A DNA stretch of 64,000 bases. Source: Heteronotia binoei. Taxonomy: Eukaryota. The translations under genes and the position numbers were made by a program. The DNA lies in the NCBI RefSeq assembly GCF_032191835.1, contig NC_083227.1:248001-312000 (forward strand), written 5' to 3'. This document shows, in pieces, positions 24,001-34,889 of this stretch (its first letter is position 1; each line of letters begins with the position of its first letter). The notes under the pieces were generated by a model. It did no database searches and had not been told where the DNA came from. It saw only the letters and a list, made by a program, of their open reading frames with translations.

Positions 24001-27000
24001 CCAGCTTGGTGTCTTGGGGCTGGAGGTGTTTGTTGGAAGAGCAGCTGGGAGCCCTTCTCTCCACCCAGCAGAGCTGCCGCTTGGCTTGCCTAATCCTACA
24101 AAACGGTGGCTGGCTGGGCGGCCAGAGGTGGCTTTCCAGGCTCTCTCCTCCCCCGCAGTCCAGGGAGGGTTTTGGGGCTGCTTCCAGCTGTGTGGATGGA
24201 GCACCCCGTGCCCGCCCTTCAGGCAGCTACTGGCACCCCCCACGGGTTGGTCTGAAGCAGGGCTGGAGGGATTCGTGGGCGCTCTCTCTCCATCAAGGGC
24301 CCCTGAACGCCTTGGGGAGTCTGGCCCAGGGGGGCAGAGGAAGAAGCAGCAGTCCGAGGGGAGGGGGGGAAGGAGGGGAATAAGGTGATCCTCCTAAAAC
24401 TGCAGGCCCAGTACCCCAATGCCGGGGCCTCCAGCAGCACTGGGCGGGTGATCCCTCCGCCTTCCCGGCAGACGCGGTGAAGCCGCTTCTCTCTCTCTCT
24501 CTCTCGGCAGTCCCACGTTTGGGCGGGAGCGCAAGGAGGAGGTCACCTACGAGTTCAGCTTCGACCCGGGTCTTCCCCCCTTCCAGCTCACAGGAGGACG
24601 TCTTTGAAGAGATTGCTCTGCTGGTGCAGGTACGGGAGGGTCCCTTTGCCCCGCCCCCTTCCCCTTGCTCCGCCCCCTTGCACTTGGCCCTGATACGGGG
24701 GGGGGCTTCCTCCTCCTCCTCTTCTGCCGCAGTCTGCCCTGGACGGCTACCACGTCTGCATCTTCGCCTATGCCAGACGGGGAGCGGGAAGACCTACACC
24801 ATGGAGGGGCCGGAGGAGTTGGCCGCCAGCACCCTGGGCATGATCCCCCGCGCAGTGGGCCAGATCTTCAAGCCGCCCAGCAGATGGAGGCCAAAGGCTG
24901 GAAGGTGAGGCAGAGGAGAGGGGGGCCAGAGAGGCTGGGCTGGGAAGGAGGGGCTCTGCTGTCTTGTGCAGCAGAACGAAGGTGGTCTCCTCTGGAGGGG
25001 CCCCAAAGGCCCAGAGGAGGCTGGCGGGGGGTGAAGGCAGCTCTCTGCGCGTGACCAGAGGCGCTCTGCTTCCTCTGACAACAGCCATGGCAGTGCGTTC
25101 GTGTGCCTGCAGTGTTTGAGGCTGCCTGGCTTTTGTGACGCGGGGGAACCCCGAGCAGGCAAGCAGGAACTGGAAGCTGCTCTGAGCATAGGTACAAAAA
25201 GAACATGAGAGAAGCCGTGTTTGATCAGGCCAGTGGCCCCTCCAGTCCAACACTCTGTGTCACACAGTGGCCAAAAAAACCAGGCGCTATCAGGAGGTCC
25301 ATCACTGGGGCCCAGAACTCCAGAAGGCCTCACACTGTGCTCCCCCCAAGCACCAAGAAGACAGAGCATCCCTGCCCCAGACATAAGAACATAAGAGAAG
25401 CCATGTTGAGTCAGGCCAGTGGCCCATCCCGTCCAACACTCTGTGNNNNNNNNNNNNNNNNNNNNNNNNNNNNNNNNNNNNNNNNNNNNNNNNNNNNNNN
25501 NNNNNNNNNNNNNNNNNNNNNNNNNNNNNNNNNNNNNNNNNNNNNNNNNNNNNNNNNNNNNNNNNNNNNNNNNNNNNNNNNNNNNNNNNNNNNNNGGACC
25601 TCTGCTCCATATGCTTATCCAATCCCTCTTGAAGCTGGCTATGCTTGTAGCCACCACCAACCTCCCGTGGCAGTGAATTCCACATGTTAATCCCCCTTTG
25701 GGTGAAAGAAGGACTTCCTTCTGTCCGTTTTGACCTGTCTGCTCAGCAATTTCATCGAATGCCCACGAGTTCTTGTATTGTGAGAAAGGGAGAAAAGTAC
25801 TTCTTTCTCTACTTTTTCCATCCCATGCATTACCTTGGAAACCTCTCTCAAGATTATGCATGGGATGGAGAAAGTAGGGCAACGGCCCTCAGTTGTCTGC
25901 TGGCTGCACAGCTGGTCCTCAGCCGCTTCCTGCCCGGCCTGCCACGTCTGTCCCTTCCTCTGCCAGTGGGGAGAGAGGCCCAGGGCCGCAGGGGAGGGAG
26001 GAGAAGTTGTGAGCCTCGAGAGCCCCTCCCCCGCTGCTGGCAGACTAACGCCGCCCCCCCCACCCCCCCGCAGTACCAGTTCACGGCCAACTCCTGGAGA
26101 TCTACAACGAGTCGCTGCGGGACCTGCTGGTGTCGCGCCTGAGCGGAGCGGGAGCTGGAGATCAAGCGGGTGAACCAGAGCACGGAGGAGCTCCACGTCC
26201 CCAACTTGTCCTACATCCCGGTTGCCTCGGAGGGGGAGGTACCCACCCAGCTTCTGGGCAGGAGGGAGGGACTGGGGTGCTGGGCAGGGGCCGTCTTTGC
26301 CGTTTCCCGTCCCGGTCCTCCTCTGCCCCTGCAACCGGACCCGTGGGCCTGGGGGGGGCTGCAAACTGCAGTTCTGCACCCACGTGGAGCTCTGGGGGTG
26401 CGCACATGGGCCTGTGCTGACTCTTTTTTCCCCACGTGGACTCAGCGGGCTTCTGCGAAAAGGGCTTTTTTTGCAAGGGGACGTTGGCCTTGCAGCAGCA
26501 CTGTGCATGGCACTCTCCCCCCCCCTTCTCCCCACTCTGCTGGTGTCACATGGGAAAGCAGGAGACGGTGGGGCTTCCTCGCCTTTGCAACACTCCTGGG
26601 CAAGAGGGGAGCAGTACTGAAGCATTCTGGGAGCTCTGGCGTGTGGTGGTTGTTTGGGAGCTGTCGCCCGTGTCCGTCCTGCTGCTGCTGGCATTGAGCC
26701 CTCCTTTCTCTCCCGCCCTCCCTCCCTCCTCGGCCAGGGTGCTGAAGCTGCTTCAGACGGCCAAAGCCAACCGGTCGGTGGCCAAACCTCCCTGAATGAG
26801 CACTTCCTCTCGCAGCCACAGCCTCTTCCAGCTGCACATCGAGGGCCAGCACACCAACCGGGAAGTGCACGCCTCCTGTGAGTGGCAGCAGCAAACGCTG
26901 AAGAGGGCGGGGGCGGGGGGCGGGGTCTGAGCCCCTGGACCTCTTCCTCTCTGCTGGGCCCCTCCTTCCAGCGCAGGGGCAGCTCCCCTGTCAGCTGGCA

Positions 27001-28798
27001 CGGGCGGGGGGGGCTCCGCTGCAAGGGCCTGCCTGCCCCCTCCCCTGAGAGCCTTCCCTCTTGCCCTGCCGCAGCGGTGCTGAGCCTGGTGGACCTGGCA
27101 GGGAGCGAGCGGCTGGACAAGTCCCACTCAAAGGGGGAGCGCCTGAAGGAGACCCAGGCCATCAACAGCAGCCTCTCCAACCTCGGCCTCGTCATCATGG
27201 CCCTCAGCAACAAGGCAAGGCCCAGGCTCCTCTCTCCCTNNNNNNNNNNNNNNNNNNNNNNNNNNNNNNNNNNNNNNNNNNNNNNNNNNNNNNNNNNNNN
27301 NNNNNNNNNNNNNNNNNNNNNNNNNNNNNNNNNNNNNNNNNNNNNNNNNNNNNNNNNNNNNNNNNNNNNNNNNNNNNNNNNNNNNNNNNNNNNNNNNNNN
27401 NNNNNNNNNNNNNNNNNNNNNNNNNNNNNCCNNNNNNNNNNNNNNNNNNNNNNNNNNNNNNNNNNNNNNNNNNNNNNNNNNNNNNNNNNNNNNNNNNNNN
27501 NNNNNNNNNNNNNNNNNNNNNNNNNNNNNNNNNNNNNNNNNNNNNNNNNNNNNNNNNNNNNNNNNNNNNNNNNNNNNNNNNNNNNNNNNNNNNNNNNNNN
27601 NNNNNNNNNNNNNNNNNNNNNNNNNNNNNNNNNNNNNNNNNNNNNNNNNNNNNNNNNNNNNNNNNNNNNNNNNNNNNNNNNNNNNNNNNNNNNNNNNNNN
27701 NNNNNNNNNNNNNNNNNNNNNNNNNNNNNNNNNNNNNNNCTCCCTTCCTTTTCCTCCCTTCTTCCTTCTTTCCCTTCCTTCCCTTCCTTCCTTCCTTTCC
27801 CCCTTCCCTTCCTTCCTTTTCTCCCTTCCTCTCCTCCCTTCCTTTCCTCCCTTCTTCCTTCTTTCCCTTCCTTCCTTCCTTCCTTCCTTCCTTTCCCCCT
27901 TCCCTTCCTTCCTTCCCTTCCTTCCACCCAGGGCTTTGGCCTCCACGGGGAATGCCCCACCCAACCCCCTCCCTCTTCTGAAACAAAAACCACCTGTACA
28001 GGAGGAGGAGTTTTCTGTCTGTAAGAATGACTTCACAGCCTGGGCCAAGTGATAAGAATGTTCTGGGTGGGCTTCAAGCAGTGCCCCCCCCACCCCGCCA
28101 GCACACACACACACACAGTAGGTTGGGCCATGCCCCTCCCCCCCCCCGTTTTGCTGAGGCCACTGGGCCAAGCCGAAGGACTCTTTTCTGCTTTCCTGGC
28201 ATGTGTGTTCCAAAGGGCAGCTGGGCCTCGGCCTCCTCTCTGCCGCAGAGGGAAGAGTCGTCCTGCGGTGGAGCCCCCTCCCCCCCGTTCTCAGTGGGGC
28301 AGTGATGCTGCCGGGATCGGGGTCTGCCCATCTGCTGCGGGGGGGGGGGGTTGTTGTTTCACAAAGCTGTTTCAAATCGTTGCTCCCCGAATCTTCTCTG
28401 CCTTGCAGGAAACACATGTCCCATACCGGAACAGTAAACTCACCTACCTCCTGCAAAACTCCCTGGGTGGCAACTCTAAAATGTGAGTGGGGGGCACGGG
28501 GGGGGGGCAGGGAGAGATGCCTGTGGGGGGGGGCATGAAGAGGTGCTTACGGCCCCCTCCCTTTTCCAGGCTGATGTTTGTGAACATCTCGCCCGTGGAG
28601 GAGAACTTGCTGAGTCCCTGAACTCCCTGCGCTTTGCCAGGAAAGTAAGTGGCCGCTGGTGGGGGGGGGGGGGGGCAGGCAGGGCCCTCTCTGGGGGGGG
28701 GGGGCTGGTTGTGAAACCACACACCCCCCACCCCTCTTGGTCTTGTGTTGCAGGTCAACGAGTGCGTCATTGGCACCGCCCAAACCCACCGCAAATAA
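15081..28798 (+). CDS. KIFC1: kinesin-14 family minus-end motor KIFC1/HSET, 17 coding exons, many apparent 1-bp frameshifts
   Basis: Exons: 15081-15119 ([13 protein letters not shown], least certain), 19575-19713, 19800-19911, 19998-20051, 20268-20312, 21393-21610 ([10 protein letters not shown]), 21694-21893, about 22185-22326 ([19 protein letters not shown]), 22418-22546 ([11 protein letters not shown]), 24511-24629, 24733-24904 (P-loop, QTGSGKT), 26074-26238, 26738-26877 ([10 protein letters not shown]), 27075-27214 ([11 protein letters not shown]...[22 protein letters not shown]), 28409-28482 ([19 protein letters not shown]), 28570-28644, 28754-28798 ([14 protein letters not shown]). Confidence 0.95.
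15159..15990 (-). repeat. head-to-tail array of 4 complete plus 1 partial tRNA-derived SINEs (Squam2-like), about 190-200 bp each
   Basis: Each unit on minus reads GGGAGGGTGGCTCAGTGGCAGAGCATCTGC...CCCAGGTTCAGTCCCCGGCATCTCC...GAGGCAGCTTCATAAATGTT. Heads end at about 15327, 15533, 15717 and 15918. Confidence 0.88.
16132..16215 (+). mobile_element. tRNA-derived SINE head (Squam2-like), truncated
   Basis: A box TGGCTCAGTGG at 16139-16149 and B box GGTTCAATCC at 16182-16191. It continues as the same SINE body seen at 39011-39452. Confidence 0.75.
16251..17378. mobile_element. non-autonomous hAT-like DNA transposon with a nested CR1 3' end (16644-17172, minus, 4 tail units)
   Basis: Imperfect TIRs CAGGGGTGTCAGAC and GTTTGACAACCCCG. 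Perfect 8-bp TSD TTTTAAGT at 16243-16250 and 17379-17386. Confidence 0.85.
17555..17691. mobile_element. palindromic hAT-like MITE, 137 bp
   Basis: CAGGGGTGGCCAACGGTAGCTCTCCAGAT...ATCTGGAGAGCTACTGTTGGCCACCCCTG, with 8-bp TSD CTGTAGTG/CTATAGTG (7 of 8 match). Confidence 0.9.
18520..19507 (+). mobile_element. CR1 3' end with about 12 tandem copies of the terminal 67-bp module
   Basis: GGAGCAGAGGTCCATCAGTGGCTATTAG (end of ORF2) followed by repeated ACACAGAGTGTTGGACTGG...TCTCTTATGTTCTTATG. Confidence 0.9.
20999..21256 (+). mobile_element. Squam3-like SINE, decayed
   Basis: Similar along its length to the SINE at 2488-3524 (CTCTTATCTG, CACTTGCAGCTGCTGGAATGGCC, GATATAAATCCAATATC). Confidence 0.75.
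22910..23510 (-). mobile_element. CR1 LINE 3' fragment
   Basis: ORF 23166..23495 reads [33 protein letters not shown]...[18 protein letters not shown], followed by the 3'UTR and tail. Confidence 0.9.
25446..25595. other. assembly gap (150 N) inside a CR1 tail array
   Basis: Run of N flanked on both sides by CR1 3' sequence. Confidence 0.99.
27240..27739. other. assembly gap (about 500 N), followed by a (CCTT/CTT)n simple repeat to about 27925
   Basis: Run of N in KIFC1 intron 14 with a pyrimidine simple repeat on the right flank. Confidence 0.99.
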
Positions 28799-28883
28799 GA
28801 GCACCCGAATCTCCTGGCTAGTATTTTACTCTCTTTTAAAGCAGATTCCTGTGTTTTGTGATTGTCTCATGTATGTGTTGATC

Positions 28884-28889
28884 ATTAAA
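28884..28889 (+). terminator. candidate polyadenylation signal (ATTAAA) of KIFC1
   Basis: ATTAAA 86 nt after the TAA stop, within a U/GU-rich 3'UTR. Confidence 0.6.
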
Positions 28890-29124
28890 CTTTTCCAGTC
28901 AGCAGGAAGCGTTTATTTTGAGCCCGGTCCGCAAGCCTGGAAGCTGGTTCAGCTCTAGGCACGTCCCTCTGCAGGGTTTTGCGGGGGGGGGGGGTGTGCA
29001 GGGTCTTTTGTGTGCTTGGAAGGAAGGAGGCCCGGTTTGCGTGGGAGTGGGGGGAGGGGTCCACCCTGATGGCAGCAGCCGGAGTTTCTCCCTCCTCCAT
29101 CTGCAAGCTCCACTGCTTCAGCAT

Positions 29125-29640
29125 TGGGGAAAGGGCAACTAGAAGGATTCAAGGGCTGGAACACTTTCCCTATGAAGAAAGGTTGAAACGCTTGGGACTC
29201 TTTAGCTTGGAGAAACTGCGGGGTGACATGATGGAGGTCTACAAGATAATGCATGGAATGGAGAAAGTAGAGAAAGAAGTCCTTTTCTCCCTTTCTCACA
29301 ATACAAGAACTCGTGGGCATTCGATGAAATTGCTGAGCAGTCAGGTTAGAACGGATAAAAGGAAGTACTTCTTCACCAAAGGGTGATTAACATGTGGAAT
29401 TCACTGCCACAGGAGGAGGTGGCGGCTACAGGCATAGCCAGCTTCAAGAGGGGACTGGATCAACATATGGAGCAGAGGCCCATCAGTGGCTACTAGCCAC
29501 AGCGTATCGTTGGGACTCTGTCTGGGGCAGTGATGCTCTGTATTCCTGGTGCTTGGGGAGGGGGGGGTTCAGTGGGAGGACTTCTGCTGTCCTGGCCCCA
29601 CTGGAGGGGCCACTGGCCTGACCCAGCAGGGCTTCTCTTG
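29125..29640 (+). mobile_element. CR1 LINE 3' fragment
   Basis: Translates as [28 protein letters not shown]...[20 protein letters not shown] and ends in a single tail module. Confidence 0.9.
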
Positions 29641-30309
29641 TGTAATGAGACAAGCAGGCTGGTTTCTAGGTGGCCCTGGAGGCACTTGGGGCGGCTGCTG
29701 TGGGGCCTCGTGGGGGAAGAGTCAGCCGTGCTGCTGCAGCAAAAGGGTCTTGAGCCCTGGGCTGATTCCGAAGGGGGGCGGGAGGGAAGCAGCTCCTTCC
29801 ACATCAGCACGGCTAGCTTTGGAAGCGGCAGAGCAGCACGGGCGGAAATCAGACTCGCCTCTTTCAGCGTTGCAGCAGCCTCCGCAGTGCAGAAATGGTT
29901 GGTGTCCGTCAGGGTGGCAAAGGGCACGACAACAAGACCAGCCCGTTGCAAGAAAAGTCAGCGCCGGAAGGAACCGTAACGAGGGACCCGCAACCGTCCA
30001 GGGAGGCCATCTCTCCCCAGGGATGTCTGGGCCACAGCCAAAGCCCTCTCCCCATCCGGCCGCTGCTCTCGGGTCACCAGCATATACTGCCGAGTGCTTA
30101 AGGCAGAAGGAGGAGGTCAGCTCCTCTCAAGTCCCCCCCCCCCCCCCCCAGTTGCAGACACCGTCTTTTGCTCTCCCAAATGTCTGGAACTCAAGTGGAG
30201 CTGAAGGGCAGACAAAAGGAAAGACTTCTCGACGCGAAGAGGGTTTCCAATGTGGAATTTACCAAAGGTGGCCACACGCACAGTTCGAGTTAAAAGGGGA
30301 TTAAAGAGA

Positions 30310-31720
30310 TTCAGGGAAGATATTGGATTTATATCCCGCCCTCCACAATCTCCTTTCCCTTCCTCCCCCACAATAGACACCCTGTGAGGTGGGTGGGGCT
30401 GAGAGGGCTCTCCCAGCGGCTGCCCTTTCAAGGACATTTCTGCCGAGAGCTCTGGCTGACCCAAGGCCATCCCAGCAGCTGCCAGTGGAGGAGTGGGGAA
30501 TCCAACCCAGTTCTCCCAGATAAGAGAGCTATGGCTGACCCAAGACCATTCCAGCAGCTGCAAGTGGAGAAGTGGGGAATCAAACCCAGTTCTCCCAGAT
30601 AAGAGCTCTGGCTGACCCAAGGCCATTCCAGCAGCTGCAAGTGGAGGAGTGGGGAATCGAACCCAGTTCTCCCAGATAAGAGAGCTCTGGCTGACCCAAG
30701 GCCATTCCAGCAGCTGCAAGTGGAGGAGTGGGGAATCCAACCCAGTTCTCCCAGATAAGAGAGCTCTGGCTGACCCAAGGCCATTCCAGCAGCTGCAAGT
30801 GGAGGAGTGGGGAATCGAACCCAGTTCTCCCAGATAAGAGAGCTCTGGCTGACCCAAGGCCATTCCAGCAGCTGCAAGTGGAGGAGTGGGGAATCCAACC
30901 CAGTTCTCCCAGATAAGAGAGCTCTGGCTGACCCAAGGCCATCCCAGCAGCTGCCAGTGGAGGAGTGGGGAATCCAACCCAGTTCTCCCAGATAAGAGAG
31001 CTCTGGCTGACCCAAGGCCATTCCAGCAGCTGCAAGTGGAGGAGTGGGGAATCCAATCCGGTTCTCCCAGATAAGAGAGCTCTGGCTGACCCAAGGCCAT
31101 TCCAGCAGCTGCAAGTGGAGGAGTGGGGAATCCAATCCGGTTCTCCCAGATAAGAGAGCTCTGGCTGACCCAAGGCCATTCCAGCAGCTGCAAGTGGAGG
31201 AGTGGGGAATCCAATCCGGTTCTCCCAGATAAGAGAGCTCTGGCTGACCCAAGGCCATTCCAGCAGGTGCAAGTGGAGGAGTGGGGAATCAAACCCGGTT
31301 CTCCCAGATAAGAGAGCTCTGGCTGACCCAAGGCCATTCCAGCAGCTGCAAGTGGAGGAGTGGGGAATCCAATCCGGTTCTCCCAGATAAGAGAGCTCTG
31401 GCTGACCCAAGGCCATTCCAGCAGCTGCAAGTGGAGGAGTGGGGAATCCAATCCGGTTCTCCCAGATAAGAGAGCTCTGGCTGACCCAAGGCCATTCCAG
31501 CAGCTGCAAGTGGAGGAGTGGGGAATCCAATCCGGTTCTCCCAGATAAGAGAGCTCTGGCTGACCCAAGGCCATTCCAGCAGCTGCAAGTGGAGGAGTGG
31601 GGAATCCAATCCGGTTCTCCCAGATAAGAGAGCTCTGGCTGACCCAAGCCCATTCCAACAGGTGCAAGTGGGGAATCAAACCCGATTCTCCCAGATAGAG
31701 TCCGCACACTTAACCACACC
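30310..31720 (-). repeat. Squam3-like SINE with about 15-16 tandem 79-bp modules
   Basis: Exact 79-bp periodicity is visible in the ORF track (30649, 30728, 30807 ... 31518). The SINE 3' part lies at 30310-30430. Confidence 0.95.
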
Positions 31721-32059
31721 GCAACCCTGCCTCCCCAGAAGAGGCTTGTTAGTAAATCTCTGACTCCCAGAGCCAAGAGGCGGGTCCTCAGGGGAGGGTC
31801 TCAGCCTCTCTGTCACGTCTGGCACAGTGGGCAACCAGTTCCCTTGGATGAGATGGACACCTCTCTCGTTCCAGTGCTGGTGTGCTGCAGCTCAAGCCTG
31901 CACTGGCCTTTCCAATCACCACTGAGATTCCTGGCCCTCCTGCACATGGGCCGTTTTGTGGCCGTCATGCTGAGAAGACAGAGGCCGTCTTTTGTAATCA
32001 GCCTGAATCTTACTGCTCCTTCAGTAGAAAGACTGCTCCACAGAACCCTGTGGGTCATG

Positions 32060-33385
32060 GTACTTTTCTCCCTTTCTCACAATACAAGAACTCGTGGGCA
32101 TTCGATGAAATTGCTGAGCAGACAGGTTAAAAGGGATAAAAGGATAGTACTTCTTCACCCCAAAGGGTGATTAACATGTGGAATTCACTGCCACAGGAGG
32201 TGGTGACGGCCACAAGCATAGCCACCTTCAAGAGGGGTTTAGATAAAAATATGGAGCAGAGGTCCATCAGTGGCTATTAGCCACAGTGTTTGTGTATATA
32301 TAAAATTTTTTGCCACTGTGTGACACAGAGTGTTGGACTGGAGGGGCCGTTGGCCTGATCCAACATCGCTTCTCTTATGTCCTTATGTGACATAGAGCGT
32401 TGGACTGGAGGGGCCACTGGCCTGATCCAACAGGGCTTCTCTTCTGTTCTTATGTGACACAGAGTGTTGGACTGGAGGGGCCACTGGCCTGATCCAACAG
32501 GGCTTCTCTTATGTTCTTATGTGACACAGAGTGTTGGACTGGAGGGGCTGTTGGCCTGATCCAACAGGGCTTCTCTTCTGTTCTTATGTGACACAGAGTG
32601 TTGGACTGGAGGAGCCATTGGCCTGATCCAACAGGGCTTCTCTTCTGTTCTTATGTGACACAGAGTGTTGGACTGGAGGGGCCACTGGCCTGATCCAACA
32701 GGGCTTCTCTTCTGTTCTTATGTGACACAGAGTGTTGGACTGGAGGAGCCATTGGCCTGATCCAACAGGGCTTCTCTTATGTTCTTATGTGACACAGAGT
32801 GTTGGACTGGAGGGGCTGTTGGCCTGATCCAACAGGGCTTCTCTTATGTTCTTATGTGACACAGAGTGTTGGACTGGATGGGCCATTGGCCTGATCCAAC
32901 AGGGCTTCTCTTATGTTCTTATGTGACACAGAGTGTTGGACTGGAGGGGCCACTGGCCTGATCCAACAGGGCTTCTCTTATGTTCTTATGTGACACAGAG
33001 TGTTGGACTGGAGGGGCCATTGGCCTGATCCAACAGGGCTTCTCTTATGTTCTTATGTGACACAGAGTGTTGGACTGGATGGGCCATTGGCCTGATCCAA
33101 CAGGGCTTCTCTTATGTTCTTATGTGACACAGAGTGTTGGACTGGATGGGCCATTGGCCTGATCCAACATGGGTTCTCTTATGTGACACAGAGTGTTGGA
33201 CTGGAGGGGCCACTGGCCTGATCCAACAGGGCTTCTCTTATGTTCTTATGTGACACAGAGTGTTGGACTGAATGGGCCACTGGCCTGATCCAACAGGGCT
33301 TCTCTTATGTTCTTATGTGACACAGAGTGTTGGACTGCATGGGCCGTTGGCCTGATCCAACATGGCTTCTCTTATGTTCTTATGG
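32060..33385 (+). mobile_element. CR1 3' end with about 16 tandem copies of the terminal 67-bp module (32322-33385)
   Basis: ORF2 end ([15 protein letters not shown]) followed by repeated TGACACAGAGTGTTGGACTGG...CTTATGTTCTTATG. Confidence 0.92.
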
Positions 33386-34225
33386 TGCTCTGAAGCCCAA
33401 TTGAGCAACACACAACGGAGTCCAGTGAGGAGAGAAGAACCGAAAGAGCTTTTTATTCATGTCCTGGCAGGGCGTTCTGGGCCCACAAGACTTGGAAGCC
33501 TCCAGACACTGCAGGGTCTCATACCCCAGATGGTGCAGGCAGACATCAAACATACATTATTCAAGCAAACATCGGATGCACAAGCAACATTAACCTGACT
33601 TGGCTTTCTTCCATTGGTGAATCTCAATCTTGGATGGAGCTGGTTAAACTAGAGAGAACTGGTTAAACTAGACCGTAAACCCTGCTGTCTTCCTGTTGGG
33701 CTCTGATTCGAGGCCATTGGCGATGCTGTCACCCGGATCTCAGATCGTGCCTTCCTCCTATTGGAATGCACCAGGACACGTCAAAATGTGCTGGGGCTGT
33801 ATCTCAGCTGACTCCAGCAGCGCTTTTAAGACCAAAGTTTTAACTCTGGGTATAGGCCGTAGTGTGCATGCTCCCTTCGTCAGACACATGCGAAGAGGCT
33901 TCGGGGGGGGGGGGGTTAGGAGGGGGACTATGCACATGTAACTGGGGGCCGAGTGCAGCTGAAAACAGTTGGGAAGCGCTGTGTGTCGTAGCAGGCGAGC
34001 GGAGCCGGAACCGAGTCTGCTCCAGGGGTGTCCTGACGGCCAAGGGAGCGTCACGGCAAGGGGGTGGCTGAGAGAAGAGGCCGCTGTCTGTATTAGGCCC
34101 GGGGGGTTCCATGGCCCTGAGTGTGGCTGCTGCAGAGACTCCTGACTTGGGGGCTTCCCTTGCGGAGGGAGGGGCAGTGCCTGCAGAGGGGGCCCCCTCT
34201 GCACTGGGGGGAAGGGAGGGGGTCA

Positions 34226-34502
34226 AGGGCTGCCAAGTCCAGCTCCAGGAATATCTGGGGCTGTGGAAGCACACTTGACCCCCACCCTGCAAGGGGAGCA
34301 CCGCCCACCTCCTCTCCGCCGGAAGCAATGAAGGGGGGGCGCCTTGGAGGGCGTTTGGGGGATGCTGTGCTGCAAATGCAGAGCCCCAATTCGCCATTCA
34401 GCCCTATGGGAGTCTCTCCATAGGGATGAATGGAGCGCCCAGCAGCCATTTCCCTGAAGGGGGCGGGAGATCCCCCGCCCCCACCTGGGGGTTGGCAACC
34501 CT
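34226..34502. mobile_element. MITE with AGGGTTGCCAA-type terminal inverted repeats
   Basis: AGGGCTGCCAA (34226-34236) and TTGGCAACCCT (34492-34502); internal palindrome CCATTCAGCCCTATGG/CCATAGGGATGAATGG. No TSD identified. Confidence 0.65.
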
Positions 34503-34514
34503 GGGCATAGCCTC

Positions 34515-34889
34515 CTTCCCCGCCGCCATTTTGTGGGCAGAGCACGACCCGCGCATGCGCGCTCCCTCCGCGGCAGCCGCCCTCGTTTGCTTGGCTGGAG
34601 GGGGGGGAAGCGCCGAGCAGGCACCAGCAGCAGCGCATGCGCAGGTGGCGAAAGATGTCGGCCTCCGCCCGGGGAGTCACGTGGGACGAGGCGCGCGCTT
34701 CTTCCGTACAGGAAAATGGCGGCGGGGAGGCGCGGCCCCGCCCACCGGAAGGAAGGGGAAGATGGCGGCGCCCGTTGGGCCCGGCGCTTCCGGTCCTGCG
34801 CAGTGGGGCGCGGCAGGAAGCGGAGCGGAGGCGGGAGAGGCTGCTGGAGGAGGGGCCACGTGGAGGCCTCGCGTTCCCTGGGGGGCGGC
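34515..34889. promoter_or_regulatory. DAXX CpG-island promoter with NRF1, YY1 and ETS motifs
   Basis: GCGCATGCGC at 34551-34560 and 34633-34642; YY1-type AA(A/G)ATGGCGGC on minus at 34522-34532 and on plus at 34713-34723 and 34759-34769; CCGGAAG at 34745. Confidence 0.75.

Noticed and set aside
25687-28456. Long ORFs of 768, 442 and 380 aa
   Set aside because: They are held open by N gaps and the (CCTT)n repeat; only the KIFC1 exon portions are real.
1667-28798. Calling PHF1 and KIFC1 pseudogenes
   Set aside because: Indels sit in homopolymers, splice sites and protein motifs are conserved, and no nonsense codons remain after correction; assembly error is more parsimonious.
30117-31776. 530-aa, 398-aa and 276-aa ORFs on minus
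   Set aside because: They arise from a stop-free 79-bp repeat cycling through three frames; the peptide repeats every 79 aa and has no domain.
33758-34397. Minus-strand ORFs as an SMIM40 orthologue
   Set aside because: No hydrophobic transmembrane segment or recognisable similarity; parts overlap a MITE and a Penelope relic.
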